Positions 11,101 through 24,487 of a DNA stretch of 64,000 bases are shown in pieces. The notes under the pieces are model-generated. The model did not search any database. It saw only the letters and a program-made list of their open reading frames with translations, and was not told the DNA's origin. Numbering within the stretch: the stretch's first letter is position 1; every line of letters starts with the position of its first letter. Made by a program: the position numbers and the translations under genes. Source of the stretch: Phoronis australis (lineage: Eukaryota; Animalia; Phoronida); NCBI GenBank assembly GCA_002633005.1, contig NMRA01000323.1, positions 1-64,000 on the forward strand. Reading direction: 5' to 3'.

Positions 11101-14100
11101 GGATATCGTACCTTGCATGCACATCATCCGGTTACCGACAAATACTTGCCATAAAACAAAGTGAACAATTTACCCGCCTGTCTACCTAGTTTCCCGTGGG
11201 TAGTCGTGTAAAGCATGATTTTGTTCTTATTTTGATTGCCCCAGGGGGCTTCTGTTTCATATGTTACCACTTCAATTACACTAAGTCTGCTGGACAAAAC
11301 TTTTTCAAAAAAGGCACACTCTTTGTCATCAGGTGTGCCCAAAGGGCACAGGTTCAAACCTGTCGGGGTTTGCTCCAATAGCGCAATTTTGTACCAGTTC
11401 TAGCTCCAATAAAGGCGTGTAGCTGAATGAGCTAGAAGTGACAGTTCGTAAAAAAATATTGCTCGAGACCGGGCTCATTAGCAGGTGTTGGCGTGTCACA
11501 GCAGGTCATGTGCCAAGCAACGGTCTCGAAGAGTAACGAGCTGCCAGATCTTCAGTTTCCAAGCACCAAAACTACATTTTTCTTCCAGTGCCGGTGACTG
11601 AGGAACAAATTAGACCAGCTTGTTACACTGAAAATTCATTAATTCGATGGAACACGGTTTTTTACAGAATTGAAAGACGCGGTTCCTTTTCACTATAGTT
11701 TTTAACTGATAAAGGTATAACAACAGGTTATGACCGATTTGGGACTGAAATTTTGATGAATCAATCCCGGGTTGTTCAGAAGAGCGAACATGTAAAGCTG
11801 ATCATGGCTTGAAAATCTGCCGAGGGTGTTTTTTGAACATATGTTCAAAATCCAATTTTGAATTTTTTAGTTCGTATAGCTGCAGGCAGTGAAGTTGTCA
11901 CACTAGTCTTCAGTCATCGTACTACCATCTGCACAGTTGTTGTGCAACTGTTCGTGTCACCACAAGTCCGTTGATCAACCTTGTGACATTCAAAGAGTTG
12001 TACGATGAATTGGCTTACCTCAAAATAGAACTGCTGCCTGGTAGTTTGATAATTGGCGCAGTTTTGTTACACATCCAGCAGAATTAATGAGGAACATATT
12101 ATTGCAATATTAAACAAAATTTTAAGTAGTAGAATTCACATTCCGTGACCAATTTTCAAAATTTAAAAACCCATTCACGTGTGCTTTTCGCGAAATATTC
12201 GAACTTGCTATTTAAAAGCTTTCAAAACGAAAATTTAAAAGTACTAATAGCGCCCCCAATGTGTTTATGATGGGTCTCATTATCTAGAGAACAATATCAA
12301 CAGCAGCCTGAGGCGATTTAATTAACCACAACGGCATGGCAAATTTTTTCCGACTTAGTATAAGTATAAGTTTGGTGAGTTTAAGCTACACAAACGTGTT
12401 TGGGATTGAAGCCTTTTAGCCCCAGGCAGTCACGTATAACGTTTTCAAGAAAGCTGAAAATTTCAAATTTGACTACCGAGTCCTCGTGATGTACTTTAGG
12501 AGAAATCAAATTGACTCATTCTCAGGAAAAGGAATAAGAAAACAGCATTTGTAAGTTTTTAGAGAAATATTTAATTTTTTTGCATTTATTTAACAAGGTG
12601 TCCGAGAAATGCTAATTTTTAGAAAAACAATATTACAAACGTCTAGACGTAGCGCATGTGAATTTTTATGATCATAGAGGATTTTCAAAACATCTTATTT
12701 CATGGCTTTGAATTTAATATTTTAAAAGATACTTTTTAATAAATTTGTTAGTTACTTAAAGCGTCCCTTTTTAGATAATCTGGACATAAAAAGTTTGAAG
12801 GGAACGTCCATTAGTAAGTATCCAGGAAAATATCTCATGAGATTGAACTAAAATGTATGGTTGAGGTCATTATACGCTGCTTAGCTGAAATCGTGACGCC
12901 ATAACGCTGCTTAGCTGGAATCGTAACGCCCTAATTACTTTCATTCTCAGCAATAGCAACGTCCGAAAGCCGATAAAAAATTTCCGTAGACCATTTACTT
13001 GACTTCAGGCGCGCTTTATCTCTTGAGGACGGCGTGACCGATACATGCATTGCGTTGGCGGCAAAACTACTGGCTCCTTGTGGGCGGTTAGACAGTCATT
13101 GAAAGGGTTAGGTGAGGATAACGTCGCCTGATACCGCACTGGTGCTTCTTGGCGGACTCTTTGAACTCTATCGTGTTCTTTGAGAAGTCGTGCATTGCAT
13201 TGGTGAATAGGCCTACTAGCCGTCCATCGCACTCGTTTGTGCAGGTAGCGGAAGTAAGCGTATCAGTGAGATGTAATAAAACTATTTGTCGCCTCAGGAG
13301 GAATATACGGGGCATCCCGCTTGCTGGATGGGAAATTTTGTGCTGAGCTTTCAGGAATGATACATTTTAGGACAGAAACGAATTACTGCTGAATAACTTT
13401 CTGAGAAGATCTCCATTAGCTGACACAATTTCGCGAAGAAATAAGCTTACGATGGTATCAAGACAAATTTTCAGTTAATTTTTGGCGTCCACAGGCTTAC
13501 ATGCCTAGGGGTACGTCCACTGAGATAAGCCAAATTTCAATACCTCGTTTCAAATGCTTCACGTCCCTTCCAACCTCTAAGACAGTGCCGCTAGCTTCGT
13601 GTCCGACAACCATGGGTTCGTGAACAGTAAACCGTCCACATCGACCGTACAGCCAGTATTTGATGTCTGATCCACAAATTCCCACGGACCCCATAGACAG
13701 CAGCACTTCTGTGAGATAAAACAAGTACATGTGTACTTTAACTCCAAAAATCGATTGGAAATGCGAACGCTTCCCAGAAGCTCTAGAATGGCAAAGGAAA
13801 TGTGGTAATGGTATGGTGTAACGTGACTGAATTTTGAGAACCAGTTTGCTCCACTGAATAACGGGCATCAAACTGGTTCTAAAAGTACGTGCACGTTATG
13901 TCCGACTATTGTCGGAATCACCATCGCCACTTGCTTCACTCTGGTTTAAATTACACAATGAAGATTGCCTGCAACTAATGCTATGGAATTTCCTGATAGC
14001 ACGATGTAGCATACAATGCAATTAGCAAAATTATCAAATTTCCACTGAAAGGTGTTGATCCTAGGAAGCTGCAGTAAAATCCATCCCCAGACAACCGTTA

Positions 14101-15451
14101 ATAAATTTTGTTCGCACCACACGCAATTATGAAATTGATCTTAACTGGTTCCTCAAACTAGAGAGAGGGGATTTTGCGGATTTTTCCGGAATCCTAACTG
14201 TAGCGGACCTATTGGCTGTGTTCGCCTGAGTTTTTTTCTAAGAAAATCGTACATTTTCCTGAAAAAAATCTGCAAAAAAACTAATTGCCGGACTGGGCCT
14301 TTCAAATGATTGTTACTCACCGTTAGGATTTATCTCTGGGATATCTTTTTGTTCCTATAAGTAGATCAAATGCGTCAACTTGGCGACAGTAAAGCCACGT
14401 GGCTACAATTCCTTTTATCAAAACATACCAAAAATGCTTTACCTGAGCTCGGTCAATGTCTTTCAGAATAACCACTTCACAAGTCCATGAAACAGGCTTT
14501 CAAGGCCGTTGTTGTCAGTGGTAACACATACGAGCAGACAACTAACACATTTTGGATAACAATCGAGAAATCGGTGTACTCCTTCAAGAACATTTATGAC
14601 AACACAACTGAACAGAGAAAGACGAAATTTCAATTAAAAGCGTGACTTGCGCATTACATGTAGGTCAAAAAGCAGTTAGTTCGGTTGTGCATTCGGTAGA
14701 CGCGAGATTCTCGTGAAAGTGCAAGATCACGCAAGTCCTTGCAATATGTCGCCATGTATTGCAAGCAAAGATCTAAAACTTCTTCCACGAGGTTCTCGCG
14801 TCACCGGAACTCAACCCCTGAGCTGTAAAGAGCGCTCGCCCACATCGATTTCAGGCACTGAGTGCCTTGGACCTTTTTCTAAAAGTCCCACAAACGCATG
14901 CAACCAAGGTCTTAAACGCCGTGGCTGGTTTTATTATTTATTCAATATTTTTAAAGGATGCTTTATCCCGTCAAATAAATATTTTTATAATTTTATCACC
15001 AGTGTGTGATCTAGCTGCCTGACAGAGAATACAAAATAAGTAACGATTTGTTTTATCCGAATGAAAGGGTACGATGTTACATAAACTATTGGCCTTAAAA
15101 TCGGGATTGATGGATTTTGAAATGTTTCTTGAAAGTGGATTATTTCTCCTATATGACCGTGGCCCAATATTCTGGAATTTACGGTACGGGAGTGACTATC
15201 ACGCCCCTAGCGACAGGGAGTACACGGCCGTGCACATTTAAGTGTCTCACCTGGGACCGCTTCATCGCGTGACACTGTACGTGTGTGTGTGTCATGCAGC
15301 TCGCTTCGTTATATCAAGTCATTGTATTGTAACATCTAAATACACTGTTGTTGGAATTTTCCAAAACCTATGCTTCTCATCTAAACAATATACTCACAAT
15401 TCTTAAATCGTTTGCTCCGTGCAATACAGCAGCTTTATTCTCGGGTGCCAT
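5176..15451 (-). CDS. SORD: Sorbitol dehydrogenase-like zinc-dependent polyol dehydrogenase (MDR family), 8 coding exons, 351 aa
   Basis: Minus-strand exons 15451-15398 ([18 protein letters not shown]), 14354-14321, 13708-13544 (GICGSD...GHEASG), 10644-10485 (GDRVAIEPG, CxxCxxCx7C, FCATPP), 8969-8785 (EPL, GAGPVG), 7941-7766 (DID), 6899-6778 ([11 protein letters not shown]) and 5335-5176 (IKVMIHC, TAA). All GT-AG with consistent phases; 1056 nt in total. Confidence 0.95.
5785..5924. mobile_element. CATGGGCGGCGCA-type micro-MITE with 5-bp TSD
   Basis: TIR CATGGG(C/A)GGCGCA, TSD CTATG. Confidence 0.75.
7560..7715. mobile_element. Second copy of the CAGGGGCGGATC MITE with 5-bp TSD
   Basis: TSD TAATA on both sides; shares internal GACAGACATTCGCACCCCCGTA with 4507-4646. 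Confidence 0.85.
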
Positions 15452-15920
15452 GTTGACAACCTTTGACCCCTCTCGGCGTTAAGATAAGCCACAACTTCGG
15501 CGCTGATATTTCCGTAGTGCCCGTCTTCCTCGCTACGATTATTTAGATCTCATTAATTCTTAAATTGGACGGAAAAAGCGGGACACCTGGATTTACAATT
15601 TGTAAAATCAGGTAAATATTTGAAATGTCTCAGCCGCCCTGTAGGCTTGCTTGTCTCAACCCAAGAATTTGAAAGTAGGCCTACCGTGAATTCCTGAAAC
15701 GGTGCTCACTAAGGCACATTTTCTGTCATCGTATATAATTAATTCACCTGCGCACCTCGGCACTTACCAAACACACTTATCTCTCCTACTGGCATGATCG
15801 CATGCGATTTTTTAAGGTGGACTAGTCACTAATATTATTTCCCGAAAGTTACAACCCAGCCTGAGTGCCAAAGGTCGTTTAGACCTGACAGGATGCTCAA
15901 AAAGATTGGGGATTAGCGAG

Positions 15921-17709
15921 ATCGTTCCCATATATGTAAGGTAACTCAGTGCAAAAGGTTTAGCCCATGATCCTAAATTGTTTAATTCAATCCCCCGTGA
16001 TCTGCCTCTCGGTCAGCCAGTTTGGTTTGGTCTCAGATTTTAGTTGCGTTTCTGAGCAGACAGTTGTCACAATTTGGAGATCAATGCATCGAGCATATTA
16101 TTCCATTGAAAATTTCATGTGAATCCGACAAACCTTTTCTGAGATGTGATGTTCCCAATTTTGCCAAGTGGTTCCTTCCGTGCTCGAATTTCGAGTAATT
16201 CCTGGAGGGCATGCTGCTTGACGTTCTGTAAGTTGGCTTAATTCGGCCATTGTATTAGCCAATCATAACAGGCTGCGTGTTCTTTGCAAGCCCGTTTTCA
16301 CGTAGCAAAGTATTCTGCCCCTGTACATGTCCTCAAAGTATACGTCATAATATTCACCAGTCATTCACAGGCTGCTGAAAACCCTCAGGCTGTCAACGGT
16401 TAAGAAATAATCATCTTGCCGAAAGATGGAAATGCTTATCAGACGGTTGTGAGTAGGCCTGTAGATTAGTCATCGTTATTTTCGGATATGCAATCACCCC
16501 CGTGATCATAATGATGCTTAACTATTCTTCTACACGCACGTGTGAAATATCATTTGACAAGTAACTTTCATGTGACAAGACTGTCAGGAGATTGTGGGAC
16601 GCAGGTGATAGTACGTTGACAAATTTGTCAAGAAATTTGCAGTTTTCTAGCTTTTTTCGAAACATACCAGATGGGTTGCATAAAACATCAGGTTAGCAAC
16701 ATGACGATTGATAATGCGACGTCGTTGCTATCCAGCGGATACATCGTGCATAACTTAATTATATGCAACCGGGTACAGGGTTACAAAGGAATCGCCGACT
16801 GCCTCGTCGAACNATCGTTCCCATATATGTAAGGTAACTCAGTGTAAAATGTTTAGCCCATGATCCTAAATTGTTTGATTCAATCCCCCGTGATCTGCCT
16901 CTCGGTCAGCCAGTTTGGTTTGGTCTCAGATTTTAGTTGCCTATCTGAGCAGACCGACAGTTGTCACAATTTGGAGATCAATGCATCAAGCATATTATTC
17001 CATTGAAAATTTCATGTGAATCCGACAAACCTTTTCTGAGATGTGATGTTCCCAATTTTGCCAAGTGGTTCCTTCCGTGCTCGAACTTCGTCGAGTGATT
17101 CCTGGAGGGCATGCTGCTTGAGGTTCTGTAAGTTGGCTTAGTTGGGCATTTTATTAGCCAATCATATCGGGCTGCGTGTTCTTTGCAAGCCCGTTTTCAC
17201 GTAGCAAAGTATTCTGCCCTTGTACATGTCCTCAAAGTATACGTCATAATATTCACCAGTCATTCACAGGCTGCTGAAAACCATCAGGCTGTCAACGGTT
17301 AAGAAATATTTCTTGCCGAAAGATGGAGATGGTTATCAGACGGTTGTGAGTAGGCCTATAGATTAGTCATCGTTATTTTCGGATATGCAATCACCCACGT
17401 GATCATAATGATGCTTAACTATTCTTCTACACGCACGTGTGAAATATCATTTGACAAGTAAGTTTCATGTGACAAGACTGTCAGGAGATTGTGGGACGCA
17501 GGTGATAATACGTTGACAAATTTGTCAAGAAATTTGCAGTTTTCTAGCTTTTTTCTAAACATACCAGATGGGTTTCATAAAACGTCAGGTTAGCAACATG
17601 ACGATTGATAATGCGACGTCGTTGCTATCCAGCGGATACATCGTGCATAACTAAATTATATGCAACCGGGTACAAGGTTACAAAGGAATCGCCGACTGCC
17701 TCGTCGAAC
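15921..17709 (+). repeat. About 0.89 kb direct duplication joined by a single N (probable unmerged haplotypes)
   Basis: 15921-16812 and 16814-17709 are nearly identical with scattered SNPs and small indels; N at 16813. Confidence 0.9.
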
Positions 17710-17911
17710 CTTTACAACTAATTCACAGTCCCAAATTATGTAAACATACCGCTTAATAAAGCCATTTAAAAATATATCAGAAATTAGTAAATGCCATTTT
17801 TGCGTACCCCCAAGACCCCATAGCGTTTGAAAATTGGTTTCAACTGGTCCAGGCAATGAGACACATTTAACAGCGGATTCGGCGCTGCAAAGGTCGTGTG
17901 TCTGGGCTTTT

Positions 17912-18325
17912 GAGGACTTACAACAGGAAGATAAACAGTTTTGCAGTAGACAATTTTATTCAGTTTATGGATTTTTAAATTTTGGTACCAGTACCCTGGC
18001 TTGCGTTTAAGGACTTTCAACAGGAAGCCAAACTGTTTGGCAGTAGGCTACTTTATTCAGTTCATGTATTTCTAAATTTTGGGACCTGTACCTTCGCGTT
18101 TAAGGACTTACAGCAGTAAGCCAAATAGTTTTGCAATAGACTATTTTCATTCCCTAACTCACAATTTTGGAAGGAGCCAGGTCTCTAAGTACTTGCACCA
18201 GAAAAATAGTTTTGCAGTATTTCATTCAGTCTATAGCTTTCCAAATTTTGGGAGCTGCAGCGGAGTTTTAAGGACTTACAACAGCAAACAAAATGGTTCC
18301 ACAACCTGTTATTCAATATTTTCTC
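17912..18325 (+). repeat. Degenerate tandem repeat of about 90 bp (about 5 units; further decayed units near 19010-19190)
   Basis: Recurrent AGGACTT(A/T)CAACAG...GTTTTGCAGTA...ATTCAG...AAATTTTGG. Confidence 0.7.
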
Positions 18326-20608
18326 GCATGAACTGGAATATGATATGACACGACTGGTTAATAACACCGAGTACGTATTTTATATTAGGCCTACCTGGAC
18401 GAATCACGAAGCAATACCAAAGTAGAAATCCATACGCCTTCCAATTTATCGTCTGCAAAACACTAGTACCAACAGCCAAGCAAATTATTCCAGTCGCCAA
18501 GGACATACCAACAGCTTCTTAAAGGGACCCCTCGTGGTCTTCGCATATGGTGAATTCCATATCCACGTTCATTCAAACGAAGACGAACCCCAACTTTAGA
18601 AAACACGCGGTGAGACTGACTAGCTATGTTGTTTCAAGGTCAGTTCAGTGCTCATGCGCGAGAAAACCCTGCTGACTGTTATTTATAAACATTTGTTAAG
18701 TTTTAATGTTCCACCTTCAAAGAGTATTTATTAGATTTTAATTTTAACGTTTGTTACGAATGCTAAATGCAATTTAAAATTGTTAAGTTTTAAATAAAGT
18801 TATTCACAAAAAGTATTTGGGTTTACTTTACAATGCGCAAGCGTGTTTTACAAAAGTTTCGTCATGTGGTTGAAGTTGTAGACACGTCGAGCTTTTCGGA
18901 AAAAAGATCGTTTTACGGTTCATGTGAGAAAACAAATCCTGAACTCGTCGGCAATTTCCAAGAGGTTTTGCGCATATCATAAACCTGAGACTCGTGTAGG
19001 TTCTCCATAGTTTTCTAAAATGAAGAACAGTATCTTGGAGTAGCAACAAATGGTGTTGCAACCATTTAATCAATTTATACTTTTCTAAAATTTGGGAGCA
19101 GTGCTGGGGCTTTTAAGCGGTTATTAAAATAATAATCAACATGTTTTGCAACATTTTTTTTCAGTTTATAGGTTTCTGAATTTTGTGTTGTTGGCACTGA
19201 TGACAAATTTTGAAAAGTGTGCTTTCTCTAGAAAAAGAGCTTCCACACATTTACACTATAAACAGCGTATACATGTCAGATCAAAAGGCAGATCGGAATA
19301 TGATCCACCGTCTGTGAAACAATTCACAAGATAACAACTGTCCACCGTCTGATCTGTTGTCGTGTCGTCCGACCCTATAATAGATAGAAGAGCCTTCTCA
19401 CCCACATTCCAATGATATGTGATTTGTTGTTTGTATGTGTTCGCCAGCAATGATTCCTCGGATTGGAAATTCGAATTTTAAATTTACTCATAACTTGATG
19501 TAAATTACTCGTAAGATGACAAATGTGATGCCTTTGTGAAGATCAGTTTTAAGGGATCTTGCCTCGGATCAGACGTCCTATTTGCCGTCTTAAAAATGTT
19601 CACATCTGAACGCATTATTAGTGTGTAGCTCGTTTTTTTTAAATAACTACTATCAGTGCCGAACGAACTTTGTATCCGTATGTGGGTGGTGGAAGGTCGC
19701 TGAATAGTTCAATCACAGACGTAGGACAGTAGGTTTTATTATAGTCAAGATCCATACCTCCGTAATCAAAATCGTAGTTTTGATGTATCCTGTTATTAAA
19801 GTTGAACTTCGCCCGGTTTAGCTGACTAAAAACGAATATCAGCTTTGGCCTTTTATTCTTGTAAAATCGATCTCAGCTGTGTTTGTAACAAAGCACTGCA
19901 CTCTGATAACTGTATTTATAGCTGAGTGGTGCTGGTGTGAACCAAGTAAGTAAATTTGCAAAGTTAATGAAATTATTGGAACCTAATTAAACTTTTCAAA
20001 TTTGTCACGACACTGCCCCCAGAAAAGAGTTGTTCAGTGAAGTTTGTAACTAAACGTTACATGTGGGCGAAACCCTAAATGTTGTAAATTATTGATTGAT
20101 AGTAACGCCAGTATGTTTGGACTCTATTATTCGAATGATGGTTTCGGTTAGACCTCCTACCGGTTCCTCGTGGGGGCACATCCACATTTACTACAGGTTG
20201 CCGACACACACCCAAGTGGAGGTGAGTCCTTATCCCACGTCCTTATCGAGAGTCTGAAAAAAAAAATTGCGTTCCCAACTCAAAAGCACTACTCGTGATA
20301 ACTGAAACTTAATTCTGCTACAGATTTTTAATCGGCTAATTCACGTGGGGAAAAATACCGGCACACAAAAATAGGACCAAAAAACACCAAATTTGACAAT
20401 TTTCTCCCCAAATTTACTACTTCTCTGCAAGTGCTAGAAAAAAATCTGACAACAGATTCAGAATGCTCGTTCTCTTTAGACTCTAAAAATGTGGTCATAG
20501 TACACCCCTTACCAGTTTCGCGGCAATTAGTCCCTGACAGCCACCTGAAATCGCACCCATTTTCTCAGTCAGCAGGCGACAGGGGTTGAAAGCAAGCGAC
20601 AGCCACCA

Positions 20609-23600
20609 TAGTTTAGACGCATTTCGGAAAATGTGCATGTTAGAGGCATTTTTTAGTAAAAGTGGAGAACCTATCTTTTTATCATAATTATGGTGTGCTG
20701 ATTTCGTTTATGCCTGTTCCCAAGCTGGAATTTGAGTTTTTGACCATCTAATTTGCATAAACAAAATAGCCGCCAAACCAACAAGATACAGTGTAAGAAA
20801 CATTCGTGGGACCAGGAGTACAACATGTGTCGAATAATTAGGAAATTTGTGCTACAAAAACATATTATAAGTGTGTTTAGAACACTTAATTTTGAGAACA
20901 TATTAATGAACGTCATTAAATTTCCCAAGTATGCTAATTAGCTTCCGCCATTACAGAAAAATTCAAATATCGGTGTAACTTTATCAATTTGCAGGCAAAC
21001 ATGACAAATAAAGTGTCTATACCTATGTTTTGAAGGTCTAGAAAAATCATTATGACACATGTGAAACGTTTTATTTCATCTTCACTAAGTTACAATTTAT
21101 GCTCATAAATAAAGCCTGAAAATTAAATTAGAAATCATAATTATCACCCATTTTGGACAGGAACATACCGTCCTCAAAGTCGACCAAGCACTCTGCTGCA
21201 GATTAATGGAGGTCCCAGAAAATATGTTAATATATTACCTCGTTTAGTGGTTCTTCATGTATCAGTGAACTTCAACAAGGCCACAGAAGATCACATCAGT
21301 GATTCCGGAATAGCTGAGGTGTGTATAGAGAGTGCAGTACTTGGTCCCGACCTATGGAACTGGTCCCCAGTGGAAAGTCGTACAGCAAAGCTACAGTATG
21401 AGGGCACACAAACTGTCTTTGCAAGCTCTGTGGCATCTCCTGGTGTCAAGCCTTCTCTAGTTCATTGCAGAAGTGACTGTCATGCTTGTATTTCCAGTAT
21501 GTCTGCAGATGATGATCCACAGAAAATTCCAGAGTTGATAACATTTCTTAGTCAGGATAAGTTCAGGAAACTCCTGGGCATTTTGTCAACAGTAGGTCTG
21601 ATGATGTGAATTTCAGCTTTTGGTAGAGTTACATGGACATGGTTCCAAGATTGTTAAAGTACACATGCTCTCAATGGGATGGCATTTGGGAACTGCATCT
21701 CTATTCATTTACTCTCATGATGCCCCACCGAATTATGCCCGAGTGTGGTGCGCTCTTTTTAGCCGAGATGCATCAGCTTCCACAATCTGTTTGGTCAGAG
21801 TTTCAATAAAGAAATTTTGTAGTCAGGCGAACTCTTCATATGCTCTGTCAGGTAGATTCTGACCAATGGGTAAATGGGGCAGGCAAAACGGAGGTGGCAT
21901 CATCGGTAATACCAAAACCTCGTCAGCTCTATGGAGGTGGACACTCTCATTTAATCTGAGATATCATATAGCTGGACAAACTTACCGCTGTGGGAGTACA
22001 TAGTTTCACAACGAAGTCACGAAAGCCAGGAAACTGTCGAGAGTTCCCTTCTTTACACTTTCCATGGATTGAACGTCTTCTCGTCCGCAAGGCCTTAGCG
22101 CTACAAACCCTTGCAACAAACGATCTAGCAACAGCACCAATCCAAGAGTCACTTTTGCATTCCAAGGAACCTGGACACGAACAAATTAAGAAATTTGTTC
22201 AAGACAGATTATCATTGAGCAATGCGATAATTCAGACATGTCAATTCATGCACCTATGCGCAAAAATAATGCCCCAACATTTGCCAACTTATATGATGTG
22301 GTGAAACAAACCAAAGATAAAGATAACGATAAGGTAATAGTTCTTAAGGCAGACAGGGATGTACTTCGCTGTCTAACTACGGCTTATGAGGCGGGTCGGC
22401 CAGTTGATTTGCCGTCTGTGCTCAAACGCGAGTCCATGTTGACTTGCAGAAACGAGTGGCACATTGCGCACTAGATATAAATATTCACTTGTCGAAGTAT
22501 TAACAGCTATCACATCGACTGTCCTGAAACAATTCAGCTTCATGACACGTCCGCTTGCCTCATTCTTGATAACGAAGCATTGCTGGTAACTCTTGGGAAG
22601 CCTGATGGTGATGTGACCTTCAAAAATCTGGCTGATTCATTCATGAAAACAGTGCTAAACACAGGATTTCGATATCATAAAATTGATATTGTATTTGACA
22701 GATGCAGACAAGAAACAATGAAGGACACAACAATAAAACAGCGCAAAGGAACACGGCAATTCAGGTGATTTTTGGAAGGCCGTGATGTACCTCTTCCTCA
22801 AAACTGGTCAAATTTTCGGACACTGGCTGAGAATAAAGCAGACCTAGCACATTTCTTGTCAGAGGAACTGTGTTTGTAGACACCTTAAGATAAAGAGGTT
22901 GTGATTGCAGGAGGTTCAAAGGTGAGCTGGAAGCCAAAATTAAATCATCTAAGGATATGACTGATTTGAGGACTCTGAAATTCACACATGAATAAGCAGA
23001 TGCAAGACTGGGACTGCATGCTGACCACAGTGAGTCGTGTTTTCCAGGGACATCCAATGTTCTACTGCTTCTGGTATCGCACTTCCAACAAATGCAATGT
23101 GAGCGTATCTGACTGATGTCATATATACCCATTGAAGCATTTTTCAACAAACTACTACGAGACTCAGCAACATCCTTGTTTGCTTTTCATGCCGTGACCG
23201 GGTTTGGCACCAACTCGTACTTTGCCAATCACATGAAACAATAATCATGGAATGTGTTCCTAGAGCATCACAGATTGCTTAAAAACCTCTGCATTGGTGA
23301 ACTCACTGAGAAAATTACGATGGCTTCAGAAGTATTTGTCTTCAGAATATACAACACGACCAGAACAGACCTGTAGATGTAGCACGCCATTTACTATTCT
23401 CCAAGCCCGAGAACCCAGAAGTCCTTCCCCCAACGCATAATGCCCGCCGTTTCCATCTGATGAATGTGCACTATCAGGTCAAGGCATGGCAAAATGATCA
23501 TTGTTCCATACCTGAACTCCCAGCACCCTCTGATATGGGAGGGACACACACAAACTTATGCTTGCAGCCCATGCTGATGTCACAGAGTAAAATCCCAGAT

Positions 23601-24487
23601 AGCTGCCTAGAGATGGTATTGTGTGCATCCCAGAAACAACGCAACAGTAGACAATGCAGATGCAAGAAATCTAGATTTCGATGCAAATCATTATGCACAT
23701 GCCAGCAACACATTCATGATCAGAATCCTTGTATGCAAACAGTTTGATATGCCTTTCTTCAGGCATGTTAAAAAGTACCAAAAAGTGAATGCTAAAACTA
23801 TGTTCAACAGGCCTGAAAACAATTCATGCAACAGAGAATCTAATGTCTTCAATAACAATAATTAAATTGTTTTTCATGAATGGAAGATAACGGGATAGTG
23901 TGAACATTTGTCCTTATATTCCGTCAAAATAGTGTCACCTTGCTTAACGAGCATTGCAGATTAACGACTATTTTTTCCACATTCTGTAAGTATACATCTA
24001 TAACCCAATAAATACGGAATAAATTGCTCCAAAAATGTCTTTAGCATGTTTGTTGACCATGAATATATAAGTATTAACACCTCATTTTTCAAGTTAGCCT
24101 GCAGGAGCACAAACTTAAGACGCAAATTACATTGTATGGCGATGGCGGCACCTAATTTGCATAATTAGTTTTTAGAGTTGCATTTTTTAGTTTTCATAAG
24201 TGATCTATTGCTCAAAAAGTATTTATAAGAAATGTACAGGTGAGACATTTCACCATTTTAAATGGTATATTGTGATTTCTATTACAAAAATACATCTGAA
24301 CTTGACAATTTGGCCGCCATTTTGTTTATGCTAATTAGATGGTCAAAAATGCAAAATTCGGCTTGGGAACAGGGTTAGTTGAATTCGCTATACCTTGATT
24401 GTGTGAAAAAGTCTTGTTCCCAACTTTTACTAAAAAATGCTTCTAGAACCTTATACAGGGCTCTTTTCAGGAAATGCGTCTGGACTA
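20609..24487 (+). mobile_element. Academ-type DNA transposon with decayed transposase
   Basis: Termini TAGT(T/C)(T/C)AGACGCATTTC, imperfect TIRs of at least about 170 bp, 4-bp TSD ACCA (20605-20608 and 24488-24491). Fragmented motifs HE*ADARL, FHAVTG, LPPT and a C-terminal Cys cluster. Confidence 0.85.
21250..23747 (+). pseudogene. Disrupted Academ-type transposase ORF
   Basis: Many stops and frameshifts; recognisable pieces include DIVFDR, HE*ADAR, LPPT and CRCKKSRFRCKSLCTC. Confidence 0.75.

Noticed and set aside
14428-14520. Possible alternative first exon of the SORD-like gene (two donor-like sites)
   Set aside because: In-frame stops and no usable ATG; a homologous exon 1 exists at 15398-15451.
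17912-18325. CRISPR-like periodicity
   Set aside because: Whole units are homologous with no unique spacers, the context is eukaryotic, and there are no cas genes.
19250-19850. Possible LINE endonuclease remnant on - (ILITEVW-like)
   Set aside because: A single weak motif; too decayed to support.
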